64,000 nucleotides of DNA from Phaeosaccion multiseriatum (Eukaryota > Protista > Ochrophyta, other classes), in the NCBI GenBank assembly GCA_965112735.1, contig OZ218951.1, positions 4,216,001 through 4,280,000 of the forward strand, given 5' to 3'. Shown piece by piece: positions 25,860-40,219 of this stretch. Each line of letters opens with the position of its first letter. The first letter of the stretch is position 1. Both the position numbers and the translations under genes were made by a program. The notes beneath the pieces were generated by a model. That model worked only from the letters and a program-made list of their open reading frames with translations, was not told the origin of the DNA and did no database searches.

Positions 25860-28795
25860 CTAGTGGGGAGCGCTGGGCTCAAATAGAGACATTAGTCCCT
25901 TGTAGCTGCCGCTACCGCTGCCAGACGAGCTTTTGTTGCCGCGGGCTAATGCTGCTCCCCCTCTGCTGCTGCTCGCCTTCTTGCCCCCCGGGGCCCCGGC
26001 CTCCCCCCGTTTGCCGACGACGTTGTTGTTGGTGCTTCGCGGTGTGAGGGACCCGCAACCCGCGGCTCGCGTTGGGGAGGCCGCAAGCGTGCAAGCAGAT
26101 TCCACACTTTCCTTCTCCCCGAGAGCGGCCTCGCACTGCTGCCTCATGGCCACCACTCGGAAACCGCACTCGTCCTCCTCCTCTTCTTCCACCTCCACCT
26201 CCTCCTCGTCGATACTACCGCTACTGCTTCTTCCGGCTGCTGTTGCTGCTGCTGTGTCACCAACTGCTGTATCACCACCAAACGCCCCGTCGCTGAAGGC
26301 GCTGCTCCCCCGCACGAGGGACGGCAGCAGCAGGGGCGACACCGGCACTTGAACTTTGGTGGGACTCCCGCCCGGCGTGAGTTGCCCCGTGCTGCCGCTG
26401 CTGGCGCCGTCGCTGGTCCCATCATCACACGACCAATTGGAGTTTGAGTTGGTGGAGGAGACAGAGTATGAAGTGTTGCTCATCTCCCTCTCCTCCCTGT
26501 CGGCAAGAGCCTTCATATCGAGCCAGCTCTTGGTGGCGAGGAGGTTGCCTGGTTCGATGTAGTCCCTCCTCACCTTGAGCACGGAGGGCGTGTCGGGCTG
26601 GGAGGGAGGGGCGGTGAAGGACACGGGAAGCTTGCTTTGTGCGCGGCGGCTGAAACTCACATTCTCCAAGGCGGAGTCTGTCTGCCGCCTCTGACCGTGC
26701 TGGTCCTGCTCCTGGTCCTGCTCTGGGTCCTCCTCTTCGTCCTCCTCCTCCTCCTCCTCCTCCTCCTCCTCCTCTTGCTGCTGCTGCTGCTGCTGCTGCT
26801 GCTGTATCACCAACTGCTGCTGTCCTCCATCACTCGACGCCTCCTTTCGGTCGCCGCAGAACCCGAAGCGCTTCTCTCCAGTGCGGGTGGGCGATGCCCC
26901 CTCCTCTCTCCCCTCGGTTGGGTATGATGGGTCTTCCTCCCCCTCCGTGGGGTATGAGGGCTCCTCTTTCCCCTCCGTGGGGTATCCCGATGGCCCTTCC
27001 TCTCCCTCCGTGGGGTCACCGTCCAGGCTGGCGCCAGCGAGACTCGCGCGTAACTCAGACTCAACACCCTCCTCCGCCTCTTCCTCCTCCTCCCCCGCTT
27101 TCTTCTCCTCTGTCGGCGCCCCTCCGCCCCCGCCCGCGTGGCCGCTCTCCCCGTCGCTGCTCTCGTCGTCTGTACTGTCGAGGTCATCGCAGTATACAGT
27201 TACGGCCCCAAGTGGTGTTCGTCCCTCCCCTTCCTCCTGCGTGCCATTGTCCATCCCCTTTCGCTCTGTGAGGTCCCTTGCTATGTGCTCTGCTGCCTCC
27301 TCTACCCCTCCTCTTCCTGCTGATGGTACCGCAGCCCCTGTTGCGCCCGTTGAATTCCCGCCATGGGGCCCAGCGTCCTCCTCCTCCTCCTCCTCCTCCT
27401 CCTCCTGAGCAGGGCCTCCTCCCAAGGCCAAATCGGACTGTGACTGTGCTGAGAAGAAGGTCTCCACTCCAGGGGCGGCGCTTCCTTCTTGGTACTTGTA
27501 CTCCGGCACGTCGATGGTCAAGCTAAGGCCCGCCTTCGAGCCACGCCCCCCTCTGTCAGCTGCTGTATCACCACCAACTGCTGATGCTACAGTTGCTGCT
27601 GCTGGCTGATGCTGTACCACCAACTCCTCCTGCTGCTGCAGGGGTGGCGGGGGCAGAGGGCTCGACGACGACGACGACGAAGAAGAAGAAGACAATGATG
27701 GTACTGACGTCGGTACCCCCTCTGGTGACAGTATTGGCGATGGAGGCACCCCTTCCGAGCCGACGAAAGCGAGCCCGTACTTCTCGAGCCAAGGGTGGCG
27801 AAGCATACGGCCCACGGAGAGGCGCTTGTTGGGGGCCAAGGCGAGGGAGGTGAGCAAGAAGTCGCAGAGCTCGGGCGAGAGCTTGGTGGGGAGGAACACC
27901 TCCAACGTGGCGATGCTCTTCGAAATGGCCGCCTCGAAGCTACTTGTGCAGCTCAGCTTGGGGTACTCGTAGGCACCCATCCACAGCCGGCAGTAGTCCT
28001 CATGGCCAAGGACGAGCTCGAGGAGGATGCAGCCCAGAGACCACACGTCGGCCTTCTTGCCGTTGTACGCGCCCTTGATGAGCATCTCGGGGGCAAAGAA
28101 GCCGGGCGAGCCGCAAAACTCTCTGTGTGTACGTAGCGGACGACCGGCTCTCAGGCACTCCGCCTCCTCCGCGTCGCTCTCCACCCGCGCAGAGAGCCCA
28201 AAGTCGCACAGCACCACCCTCGTCTGCGGCGTGAAGCGGTGCTTGTCGGCGAAGAGAATGTTCTCGGGCTTGAGGTCGCGATGGCACACCCCGTGCGCGT
28301 GTGCGTAGTGTACAGGGCGCAAAATCTTGTGCAAGATTTGCGCCGCCACCTCCTCGGAGACGCCCTCCAGGTGTTGATCAAAGAACTCAAACAAATCCCG
28401 CCCGGCCTTCTCCGTGATGATGTAGATGCACTTGGGGGCGTGGATCACTTCGCACAGCCGGATGATTCCGTCGTGGCGCAGGCGAGTGAGCACGGCAATC
28501 TCATTGTCCACGCGGCGCAGAGTGGTCATGCTCACTACCTCGCTCTTGTGGATCATCTTGACAGCCAGCTCGGCGGGCGGGTCGACTGCTGTTGCTGCTG
28601 CTGCTGCTGCTGCTGCTTGCTGCACTTGCTCCCGCCGCCGCTGCTCGTCGTCTTGCTGCTGCTTGCTACTCCTACTACCGCTACTACTACTGCTAATGCC
28701 ACCGCCCCCGAACAGGGTCGACCGCTGGGTCTGACGAGCGCTCTTCTCCCCGGCAGCGGCCACCTCACTGCCACTCCCACTACCACCGCCGACGC

Positions 28796-28826
<31 letters not shown>

Positions 28827-30246
28827 ACCAGTGCTACCACCGGTTGGCGTCTTCCTCTTGCGAATACCCCTCACCGCCGCGAACTGCCCCTCCCCGAGGG
28901 TGTCAAGCAAATCATAGTCGCCAACCCTGTCATCCTCCTCCACAATACTCTTGTCTACGGGGGGGATGGCCTCAAGCCATTTGGGGCCCATGCCCTCCAC
29001 CCCGGGGAGCGCCTTGGCCGGAATAAAGTCCCACAAGACGTCTCTGAGCTGGGCTTTGATGGAGTCGTACTTTTTGCGCAGTAGACAGAACTTGTCAAAC
29101 AGGGCCTTTTGCTGCTGATGGAAGGCGGCGATGGAGGCCTCACTCTCCGTGGCTACCACCTCGAGCTCGTGGATTCGGCGGTCTCTTCTTCGAGCCTCCT
29201 TCTTGGCCCTTTCTTCGGCAGAGTTGAGCTCCTTCTTGAGCGACGACACTTGCTCCTTGAGCTTCTGTTGCTCCGTTGCACTGTTGGGGTTGTAGGTTAG
29301 GTGGGAACGTGGGTGGGTGGATGGGTGGGTGGGTGAGTGGGTAAGTGGGTGAAGGGAGGGACGGAGGAAAGGGACGAGGAGGTTCGAAAGTGAGCAGTGG
29401 ACGCGACGAGAAGTATTGCACCTCTTCATCCCCAGTTGTCACTGCTCTCCAACCTTCCTTCCTTCCTTCCTGCCTTCCTTCCTTCCTTCCTTCCTTCCTT
29501 CCCTCCCTCTCTCGAGAGTACTGCCGATGGGAAAGAAGACGAAGGAAGAAGTCCCCCGCGACTAAAGCAAAAGACACCCACAAAGGCACTCCTTCCTTCC
29601 GCGTACCCTACCTTCGGTTTCCTCCTCCAAAGGCACTGGTGAAGGTGGAGGCAAAACCATCCCCCCTCTTCTCTACAAGTCGAACAGCGGCATCCACGAA
29701 GCCGCCCCCTCCACTTCCGGCCTTGGGATTGGGAGTCGTCTTGTCCATCTCTCCTCCTCCGTCTGGTGGTGGTAGCTTCATGTCCCGACCGCCGCTACCA
29801 CTACTTCGGCTGTCTTCTACTCTATTACTCGTTTTGTCAAAATGGCCTCCTCCCTTGGAGGCCTCCCAGTCTAGAACCAACGTCTCTACCTCAGCGATGG
29901 CCACCACCCCCGCCGTGTCTCCTCCCCCCACCCCGGGACAGCCCTTCGACGGCTTAGTGGCCATGCGCCTGGCCTCTTGAGGGGAGCTTGCCAGAGACAC
30001 CTGTAATGATATCGCGGGAAGGAAGCGGGACGACGTGAGAAGGGCGTGGGTCATCGGGGGGGGGGGTTACGCGTACAGAGACCGCCCGAAGACGATGGAC
30101 GGAGATGGCCTGCTGTTGCTGTTCTCCCTCTTTCTCTCTCTCCTCATAGAGCTAACCTTGAGGTCATTGTGCAGCCCCAGGGATAGTGCTTTTTGCAGCT
30201 GCTCCAGGGAAACGCCCTCGCAGCTGATTTGATAGCAGGAAGTCAT
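25860..30246 (-). CDS. Ser/Thr protein kinase (CAMK/SNF1-like) with N-terminal coiled coil and long low-complexity tail
   Basis: Exons (minus) 30246-30157 (tentative), 30000-29612, 29280-25860. Motifs: LGEGQFAAV, LAVKMIHK, HRDLKPENIL, DFG, CGSPGFFAPE, DVWSLG. Coiled coil EQQKLKEQVSSLKKELNSAEE. Confidence 0.9.
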
Positions 30247-31058
30247 GCTGCGGGACGGAGGAATGTGCTTCTAGTCGTGAAGACCCTGCTCCCGCAGCTG
30301 CTGCTGGACTGCTGCTGTAGTATTTTCCGTGTTGCAGAGGGGGCGAAGGCCCCAGCCTCTCTCCAACTCGCCTTCGCTACTGTTCCTTTTATCGACCATA
30401 AGCCATCAACGAGGCGTGAAACTCTCCTTATCGAGACGTGCTGTCCTGCGCACCAAGTAGGAGACGAAGGGGGTTAAGGGGGCTATGTACATCGTCTGAC
30501 GAAGCTCCTCTCTGGGGACAGTCACGCCAAACAAGAATCCACACGCCGAGGCAGTTCAAGTAGTATAAGGGTGGCACTTACTTCGGAGCCGGCGGCAGCA
30601 GCAACAGGCCACCTGGTAGAGGTTGCCGTAGCCAAAACTCACCGTAGGACCATGGCTCAGGTACGTGTCTACTTCGCTCACTACTGCTGCCGTGGCTTCT
30701 ACTACTCCTTCTTGCTTCTACGGAGCTGTTGCTGGTGCTGTTGTTGCTGCTGCTGCTGCGGGTATTTGCTAGGTTGGCGCTGGGTGGCTCTCTGAAACGC
30801 CCTGGCTGGGGCTGGGGTCGAGAGAAATAAACGAAACCGTATTTTAGGTCGAAAAAAAACGAAACCGTATTCAGGTCGAATTCAGAAAAAAAAAAAGTAA
30901 AGTCGATATCCAAAATCGTGCTTGATTATCACTCTCCCTCCCTCTCTCATAAGTATACATCGATTGGATCCACCGCCGCCCGCCCCCTGCGAACCCAATC
31001 TGAAGGAACTAAAGGCTTTTGTTCACTGGGCCGTCTTCATGCCTCTACCACCCCATCC

Positions 31059-32020
31059 TCATCCCGGGTACTCAGGGAAGATCAGGGGGTGCCACTGCGC
31101 CATCCAGGCCATGAACCTGGAAGTGAAGGGGAGGGAAGGGTCGGATAGGGTAGCGCAGACAACGCAGCAGGGGCCAGCAGACAGACAAAGAGAGGAAGGA
31201 GGGAAGGTCATGGCAAGCACAGCACGCACACACACGCACACACACACATCGGTGAGTTCTCTTCTTTTCCTATCGCTGGGGCAGGACACAGCAAAAAGCT
31301 GCAGCCATCTATGGTCCGTCGCTGGCGGGCTGCCTCCCCCAAACCTTTGCGTCTGCTCATTTGGCATCTCTTTGCTCCATCTCATGTGGAGCACCACCAC
31401 AAGCGTGGTGCTGCTGCATGCCGTAACAGAGAAGAGCTGCCCCCACCCTTCTTATCTCTATCCTTTGGTCCACGCCCTATCTAGTGTAGTGTTGCCCCAC
31501 CCCACGCCTGATTCCATTTGCGGCACCCCCCCGATGCTTGCCCGGGCAGCGCCCTCCCCCGTAAGCCTCCCTTCTCTTTCCGTCTCCAGCCGTTCTGTAT
31601 GTCTCTCTCTCCGTCACAACCCCCCAGCCGTCGCTTTGTGGTCCAGATCAAGACACCCGTGCTTGCGGGTTTCATGTCTTTCACGCCCCAAAGCACAGAC
31701 AGCAGCAGCAAGCGGTGTTGTTTCCCACCACCTACTCCCCTGATGTGATGTGCCAGTACCATCGCGTGGGGCACCAACCCCGTCTAGCAGCCAGGCATAG
31801 CACCCCTCCCTATAAAGAAGACACTCCAACACACGAGAACACGCACGCACCAGAGAAACCACATGCAGAAGAAGCAGATGGCAATGACCACCATGCCCAC
31901 CCCCGTGTTGTCCTTGCTGAAGATGCCCAGGAAGTTGCCCGCTCGCAGAATAATCATGGCCGCCACCATGGCCCCGATGTAGCCCAGAGTGCCATTGAAC
32001 AGCGGCGCGGCGAACGCCAT
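31059..32020 (-). CDS. ATP6V0E: V-type H+-ATPase V0 subunit e (75 aa, 2 exons)
   Basis: Exons 32020-31851 and 31116-31059 give MAFAAPLFNG...AICFFCMWFLWFMAWMAQWHPLIFPEYPG: two TM helices plus the CxWxxWxxxxxAQxxPLIxP signature. Confidence 0.9.
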
Positions 32021-32965
32021 GCTGAGGCTAGGCTGGCCACAGCTGGCCGCGGCTTCTCACGATCTCTTCTCTGCTCTTCACAGAGGTTCCTTCCTTCCTT
32101 CCTTCCTTCCTTCCTTCCTCCTGCCTTCCGTGCTCCCCCCTCTTTACGGCGACATGCCAACCAATCTGGTTGCATCGTTCGGTTGGGGTTCATACGAGCA
32201 GCAGCAGCAGGCAGGCAAGTGAGTTGAAACAAACCCCGTTGAGAGGGCGGCTGGATTGGACGAGAACAAAAGCATTGTCCACCTTTCTTTCCCGTGAGGC
32301 GACCTTCCCCCTCCCCACCTCCAACCAAGACCAGACGGGGAAAAGGCCTTCACAACTAGCGTGTACCACAACACCAGCTACCCTGCACAACAGAAGGACT
32401 GAATGAGAAAGTGGTGATCTCTCTCTCCAAAAATCTATTTCTCATCCGACGCTCGCGGAGGCTGCCATTCCCTTCCTCACACCACCACTATCCCTCCCAC
32501 ATGCACCACCGAGACCCTCCCTCCCTTTTATTTGCTCCCCTACCTGCTAAAGCACCGCGCCTGTGGGTCCTCTGTCCCAAAAAGCAGAAGTCGCCAATAT
32601 TTTTCTGCGCCCCAGGGGGGCTCCCTCATATATAAATCAATCACATAGACTTGAAGGACTCCAAGTAAGGGAGAGGGCGAGGGAAGGCGCCTACCAGAGC
32701 ACAGACACCAGTCTCCTGACTCCGTGATCGTCTACTTAGCCGATAGTTGGCGAAAGCGGTGGCTTTCTACTATAAGATTACAGCAATAAAAGGGGGGAAA
32801 GAGGAGGAGGAGGGGGGGGGGGAGATAGGAGAAGCGGCGGGAGCACGGCGTCGTTAGTAGAGGTTTCCCTTCTCGCAATGCCTCCTCCCTTCTAATAAGA
32901 GGGAGGAGGTTATTCTTCATTAGTAGAAGAGGAGGGGGAGCGCTCAGCGACACACGGGGACAAAC

Positions 32966-33266
32966 ATGAGCAACGTCCCCCCGGCGCCACTCTTTGGAAG
33001 AGGAGAGGATGACGGGGCTGGAGGAGCGGGACAGGCGCCAGGTGCAGAGTCAAATGGACTGCCGGCCGCCGCGGGACACCCCGCTCTGGCCAAGTACATT
33101 AACATTGACGAGATATTCGCAGAGTGCTTTTCGAGTGAAGGCTCCGATTTGCTTGGGGCATCGTCCATGGAGCAGCTCATGGGACCAGCAGCAGCATCGC
33201 AGCAGCATCCTCAGCAGCAGCAGCCCCCGCAGCCGCTGCAACAGCCTGAGCAGCAACAGCAGCAGC

Positions 33267-33297
<31 letters not shown>

Positions 33298-34480
33298 GCA
33301 GCAGCAGCAGCTCCAGCACCAGCAACAGCAACGACAGCACTTACACCAGCAGCAGCAGCAGCTACTCCAACTCCAGCAGCAGCACCAGCAGCAAATGTAC
33401 AACGTGTCGCAGGGGCTGGCGGCAGACGGAGGCATGGGCCACTTAGTCGGGCAACAGGGCCTCATGTCCCTGCCCCCGCCCATGGGAGTCGCAGGAGTGG
33501 GAGGCGAGGCGGCAGCGCGGATGGGTATGGACGGACTGGGGGGCATGGGCGGGATGGAAGTGATGGGCGCGGCTTCTGCGCCGGTGCCTGGGATGGGTGT
33601 TGGGGTCGCAGGGGTGGGGGCGGGGGGGGGGCTCCAACGGGTTGGGAGCAGCGGCGGGGGCGGGTCCGGTGAAGGCGGAGGAGGAGCAGCAGCAGCAACA
33701 GGAGGAGGAGGAGCGTCTTCGGGGGAGGACGACAAAATGGGCGGCAAGATGAAGAGGGCACGGACGGGGGGGGGGCGCAACATGTCGGAGCAGCAGAAGC
33801 TGCAGAGGAGGGAGAGGAATAGGGAGCACGCCAAGCGCTCGAGAGTGAGGAAGAAATTCCTGTTGGAGAGCCTGCAGACCAGCGTTACTAGTCTGCAGCA
33901 GGAAAACGAGTCGCTGAAGAAGGCAATTCATGAGAATTTGGGGCCTGAGGCGGACGAGCTATTGACCAAGGCCCATGAAGACAGCCTCATTGCTTCCGAC
34001 CCGGACAAGGCGACGAGGGTGCTTGAGAATAAGGACTACAGTCTTGTCAAGGCGCTGCAAACGGCGCAGCAAAATTTTGTAATTACCGACCCCACATTGC
34101 CGGACAACCCAATCGTCTTTGCCAGCCAGGGCTTTTTGGACTTGACCGGGTATTCGTTATCGCAGATTCTGGGCAGAAACTGCCGATTCCTGCAGGGGCC
34201 AGACACGGAACCAAAGGCGGTGGAGAAGATTCGAAAGGCCATCGAGAAAGGGGTGGATGCATCGGTGTGTCTACTCAACTACTGTGCAGATGGCTCCACC
34301 TTTTGGAATCGGTTTTTTATTGCGGCGTTGCGCGACTCAGAGGGGAAGGTGATCAACTTCGTAGGGGTGCAATGTAAAGTGAGCGAGGGGCTTGCCAAGG
34401 CCTCTACTCGGAAACACGACGCCGGCGAGGAAGGGGAGGAGAGCGACATGGACGATATGGAGGACGAGGACGAGGTGTAG
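32966..34480 (+). CDS. AUREO1: Aureochrome blue-light-regulated transcription factor (bZIP + LOV), single exon, 504 aa
   Basis: bZIP RRERNREHAKRSRVRKKFLLESL followed by a LOV domain NFVITDPTLPDNPIVFASQGF...GRNCRFLQG with the photoactive Cys. N-terminal polyQ and polyG. Subclass assignment is from memory. Confidence 0.95.
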
Positions 34481-35224
34481 CGAGTGGCAAGGTAGGCACA
34501 AGAAGATAGGAAGGCATCACCTAGACACACGCAGAGAAGGGCACCATAGACACGACTAGGAGAGTCGACATCGATAGACATACATCTCATTTACATGGGG
34601 GAGGGAGGAAGGGAAGGCTGCCGGGAGTAGCGGATGCGCTGCTCCCACCAAAGAACTGAAGCCTTCCTTCCTTTTTCCACTCCTTCCTCTCCTTTTTCCT
34701 ACGTCGGCGCTTTAATTTACTTTTAAGAAAAGGAACTTCTCTCTCTCTCTCTCTCTCTCTCTACGACAGCGTCTTTCCCCGATGACTGCTGATGTTGCCC
34801 ATGACGCAGCCCTGTGTGGCTGCGCAGAAAGGGGCTGTAGAAGGCCCCTCTGCGCCTCTCTGATTGACACTCGCACTCCCACCCATCTCACTTGTGCCTG
34901 TCTTACTTGGGTTCTGAATGTGGCTGGGCTGCCATACAGCACCAAGCCAAGGAAGAAGCGCCGCTCATACACACAAAAGAGCAAAAGAGTGAATGAACGA
35001 ACGCTCGCTTGCAGAGCAATCAATCAGAGGGGCTGAAAAGTCAAGTCAAGCCGGAGCAACGCTCTTACGTTCCTCCCCTCAGGAGAGGCTGGCACGGCAA
35101 CGCACTGCAACGCACAAGGCAGGTCAATCGATCTTCGCTCCGAGCAAGACACATCGACCACAACGATCAAAACGATCACGGCGACACGCGAGCATCCCGG
35201 GTATCCTTCGCCGTGTGCGTGTGC

Positions 35225-35259
<35 letters not shown>

Positions 35260-35305
35260 TGCGTGCGTGTGTGTGAGTGCGTGACATGCAGTGCCGTGCG
35301 GGGCG

Positions 35306-35632
35306 TCACCAACGGTTGTTCTGTGAGCGCTTGCCCCCCTTCATACCGCCCCTCTGCATCTCCGTGATGATGTCCATGCTCTTAAGTCCGATCTTGCTGT
35401 GGCCCATACCGAACAGCGCCTGCGTATCGCATTGGAGGGGATGGATGGCAGTGGATGGAGAAGATGACGAGGAGAGAGGAGGAGGGAAGGAGGAGATTGA
35501 GAAGGGTATGCACGTATGGGCGGGAGAGGCAGACGAGACAAGCAAGCGACAAATCACAGCCCCCAATGCTGTATCATCAACTGCTACCGCACGTTTCCGG
35601 ACGGGCGCCCATCCCAGGGTTGGCTCTCCTCC

Positions 35633-35704
<72 letters not shown>

Positions 35705-35710
35705 CACACA

Positions 35711-35757
<47 letters not shown>

Positions 35758-38285
35758 CTTCTCTTCGTCCGCCAGGCTCTTGAGTGCCTTCCTCGTGCTC
35801 TTGAGGCTGTGAATCTGCTGCCGATCGAAGTCCTTCTTGGCTCGCGTGTGCTGCGTGGCGAGTACGTCATCATACTCTCTGCTGCCTGCGTGTTGATGAT
35901 GCCGTCGAAAGGTGTCCGTCCCTCCTATCTGACACCACTGCACCGGTGTGGTGCGTACTAGGTAGGCACTCTTGCGACCCAGGGCCACCGAGCTCGTCTG
36001 TGCGTGTTGGTGATATTTCGTTGGGTGTGGGTGTGGGTGTGGGTGTGGGTGCGGGTGTGGAGGTGAAGGCGGAGGTGGGTGTAAGTGTGTGGGTTTTGAG
36101 TGTGAGTGATGGTGCACGCGTGCGGGTGTGAGTGCCACGAGCGGCATCTCGCCTTCTTGAACGGTGAGACAACAAAAAGGCAGCAGAAGGTATGTATGTG
36201 GGCACGCAGGCTGCCCGTGGAGCAAGGTGGTGGTACGGACAGGAAGGCATATGGGCAGGCCGGCATTGGGCAGGCAGGCATATGGGTAGGCAAGAAGGGA
36301 CGGACGGACGGAAGGACGGAAGGAGGGAGGGAGGGAGGGAGGGAGGCGCTGACCTGCTTGAGATAGTCTTGCATGAAGGGAGAGAGCTGCATCGCGTCGA
36401 ATCTCGTGCGTGCTTGTCTCTGCTGCAGCCTCTCCAGACCCTCGGGCATGAGGGGGCGGAATCGGAGGTTCGTGCGATCGCCAGTGAAGGCATCCAGGGG
36501 GCGAGGCCTGAGAAGAGGGGAGCGGAGAGTAGCGGAGAGGAGTCAGTCAGTCAGTCAGTCAGTCAGTCAGGCAGTCAGGCAGTCAGTCAGACAGTCAGTC
36601 AGTCAGTCAGCCAGCTAGTCAGTCAGTCACCAGCTGCCCCCCCCCCCCCCCGTGTCCTGACACCCACCTCTGAGACGAACAGAGCCTCTGCAGCCGAAGC
36701 TTCTTCTTGGTCGCAGCAGCAGACTCGGTGTCAGTGGGAGAGTCCTGCTGCGGCTCCTCCCCCCCCCCCTCCTCCTTCCTCTTCCCCTTCCCCTTCCCCT
36801 TCTCCTTCCCTGTCCCCTCCCCCTTATCCTCCTCCTTCTTCCTGGGCTGCCACAGCCGTCCCTTCTTCCTTCTCGCCCCCCCCCCTCCCCCCCCTCGGCC
36901 CTTGCTGCTCCCGTCATTCGCACAGGCTTCCCCACGCCCGATCCCGCCACCACTGTCCTTTCTCCCGTCGCTGGTGTTGTTGTTGCTGCTATTGTCATCA
37001 GTCCTGACCATCCCTTCTGTCTTAGCGCTCCCCCCCCCGGCACCCCCCCCCCCTTGCCCTCCGTCGTTGGTGCCCGACGAAGAGGAAGCACCAGCGCCAG
37101 GGGGCCCTCCTGCCCCTCCTCCTCCGCTGTTGTTGCTGCTGCTCCCGTGCGGCTGGTGAGGGGCGGGTAGATAGTCGTTCCAATCGTCCTCCGCTACTTC
37201 GTCGGGGAAGAGCTTAGCCCTCATTGACGTAACGTACACAGGCGTAACGTCCGACCCCTGTGTGTGCGTGTGTGCGTGTGTGTGTGCGTGTGTGCGTGGG
37301 TGTTTGTGGGTGTGTGTTTGTGTGTATGTGTGTGTGTGGGTGCGTGCGTATATACATACATATGCATACACATAAGACGGGAGGAGAGTCGACGAGGGAA
37401 AAGGGGGAAGGGAAAGGTAAATGGACAGGGGAAGGGAAAGGTATATGGACAGGGGAAGGGAAAGGTATATGGACAGGGGAAGGGAAAGGGGAGGTGCTAG
37501 CGCCTTCGTCGTCTTTTCCTCATACGCCTTTCTCCTGACCCATATACCCTTACGTGAGCCCCTCTTGACCCATACACCCTTACGGGAGCCCCTCCGGACC
37601 CATATACCCTTACATGCGCCCCTCCTGACCCTGTATACCCACCGTGAGGATCTTGCAGCAGAGCAGAAAGAGGATCCTCCGGAGGGCACCTGTGTACAGA
37701 TGCCTGTGCGGAGGGGCGACGCGTGGTGTGAGAGGCGGTGAGGAGTGAGACAGAGAGAGAGAGAGGCGTGTATCGTAAGTCACTTGAGACGGAGGGAGAG
37801 GCATGTATGTCAAGGGGGGAGGTGGAGGGGGAGGTGGGGGTTGCATGCCCACTCATGCCCACTCAGACCCACTCAGACCCACTCATGCCCATTCATACCC
37901 ACTTACCTCGTGCCCGGCAGAAGGTAGAAGAAGCCCCAATACACGCTGCTGGCGACGCAGAATGGGTAATACTTGAAGAAGTAGTCTCCGTACTCGTCGA
38001 TGCCCTCTGTAGCGAGCATCTCCACATATGTCTGTGGTGTGCCGCAGCAGGGAAGGAGAAAAGTCGAAATGGGGTGAGTGAAGCGCTCGACAATAGAAGT
38101 GGTGGGAGGGAGTGTAGTATAGTGTAGCTACCGCCCTCCACTGCCATCCCCACCCCTCTCTTTCTCCACCCCCCTCCGCCTTCCTTCTCCACCCCACTCT
38201 CTCTCCCACTCTTTTCCTCCTCTCCCCCCCACTCTCTCTCCCACTCTTTCCCTCCTCTCCCCCCCACTCTCTCTCTCTTTCTCTC

Positions 38286-38316
<31 letters not shown>

Positions 38317-38325
38317 CCCTCTCTC

Positions 38326-38371
<46 letters not shown>

Positions 38372-38412
38372 TCTCTCTCTCTCCCTCTTTCTCTCTGTCT
38401 CTCTCTCTCCTT

Positions 38413-38455
<43 letters not shown>

Positions 38456-38509
38456 CTTCTCCCTCTTTCTCTCTGTCTCTCTCTCCTTCCCTCTCTCTCT
38501 CTCTCCTTC

Positions 38510-38546
<37 letters not shown>

Positions 38547-40159
38547 GTCTCACCCGGCTGACGTTCTGCATGAGTTGCTTCTGCTCCCTCCTGCTCTTGT
38601 CTTGGAAGAAGCGGCAGAAGGTGTACCAGAACATGTATGCCGTCAGCCGCTGACTCGCAGACGTCATGGCATAGTGCTGTGTAAAGGAACATGGACATAG
38701 TATAGAGGTGTGTGGGCAGAGCAAGAGAGCAGAGAGCAGAGCAGAGGCGTGTGGGTACGGTGGAACAGAGGCATCATGTGCAGGGCACAGCAGCGCAAGA
38801 GCGAGGGTAGCCGATGGCAGCAGAGGGTAGGCAGATGGGAGGGAGAGAGAAGAGGAGGAGGAGGAGGAGGAGGAGGAGGAGGAGGAGGAGGAGGAGGAGG
38901 AGGAGGAGGAGGAGGAGGTCAGAGACCACCAGTTGAAACAGATTCCAGAGGCCAGCGCACCCTCCCCATCCACCCACCCACTCGCCCGCTCACCCATCAC
39001 CACCCACCCACCCACCCACCTACCCACTGACTTACTTCATGCCCACCTATCCACCCACCCATCCACCCACCCACCTCAAAGACGCGCTGCCCCCCCGGCA
39101 GATTCATGCGCTCCACAGCATAAGAGATGAGCAGTTTGACATCCATCTGCTCGGGTCCAATGGGTATGGGGAACTTCTCCAGAGCGAACTCACGCTCGCC
39201 CTTGTTCAGGGGCTTGCTACCTGCGGGGTGAGGGTGAGGGTGGATGTGGGCGAGTATGGGTGCGGGTGTGAGTGTGGATGTGGGTGTGGGTGTGGATGTG
39301 TGTGGGTGGGTGGGAGGGCGTGGGTGTGGGTGTGAGTGGGAGAGTGCGGATGCGGGTGTGGGTGTGGGTGTGGGTGTGGGTGTGGGTGTGGGTTTCCATA
39401 CATACTTCCTACTTCAATACCCAACCAATCATGGTAATCAATCAACACACACGTATTGAAGGCTTCTGCACCAACCCACCTGTACCATCTTTGCTGCTCC
39501 CGCCGATGGTTGCGCACCCCTCCACTGTCGCTGCCTCCCCTCCTCCCCCCCCAGTCCCTCCGTATCCGCCACCCCCACCCGCCTTCCCCGTCTTTCCTCC
39601 CCCCCCGCTTCCCTCCCCAGCTTCGCCTCCTTCTCCTCCTCCTCCTTCTTCTTCGCCTCCTCCCTCCCTCTCTCGCCCCCCTCCTCGTTCTCCGTCTCCC
39701 CCTCCTCCCCCAGAACCGCTAGTCTGTACGTCCGTCGCTCCTCCTCCTGTCGCCGCTCCTGTGCCATTGCCTACCCCCCTGTCGACCCCGCCCCCCCCCC
39801 CCCCTCCTCCTCCTCCTCCTCCTCCTCCTCCTGCATCTGCGGACCACTTGCTGTCCTCTGTACACAGGGCCGAGCCGTCGTCCCCCTCCGCCTCCCCATC
39901 TGCGCTCTCCTTGATGTCCTCAGGACAGCGATAGACAAGGTCTGTGACCCCTCGTGTGACGAACGAGTCCAGATTGAGTTGTAAGCGCCGCTCCAGCACC
40001 ATCCGCTCCTGCAACAGCAACAGCAGCAGCATCAGCAGCGGCAGCACCAGCGGCAGCAGCAGTTGGTGATATGGCAGCGCAGGCCGAACCAGAAAGGCCG
40101 AGGGCCGAGGAGAAGAGCAAAAGTCAGGAGCTGCAAGACGTATAGGCGGACGAAACGCG

Positions 40160-40219
<60 letters not shown>

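Noticed and set aside
37403-37640. CRISPR-like array
   Set aside because: Head-to-tail minisatellites without unique spacers, in a eukaryotic intron, with no cas genes.
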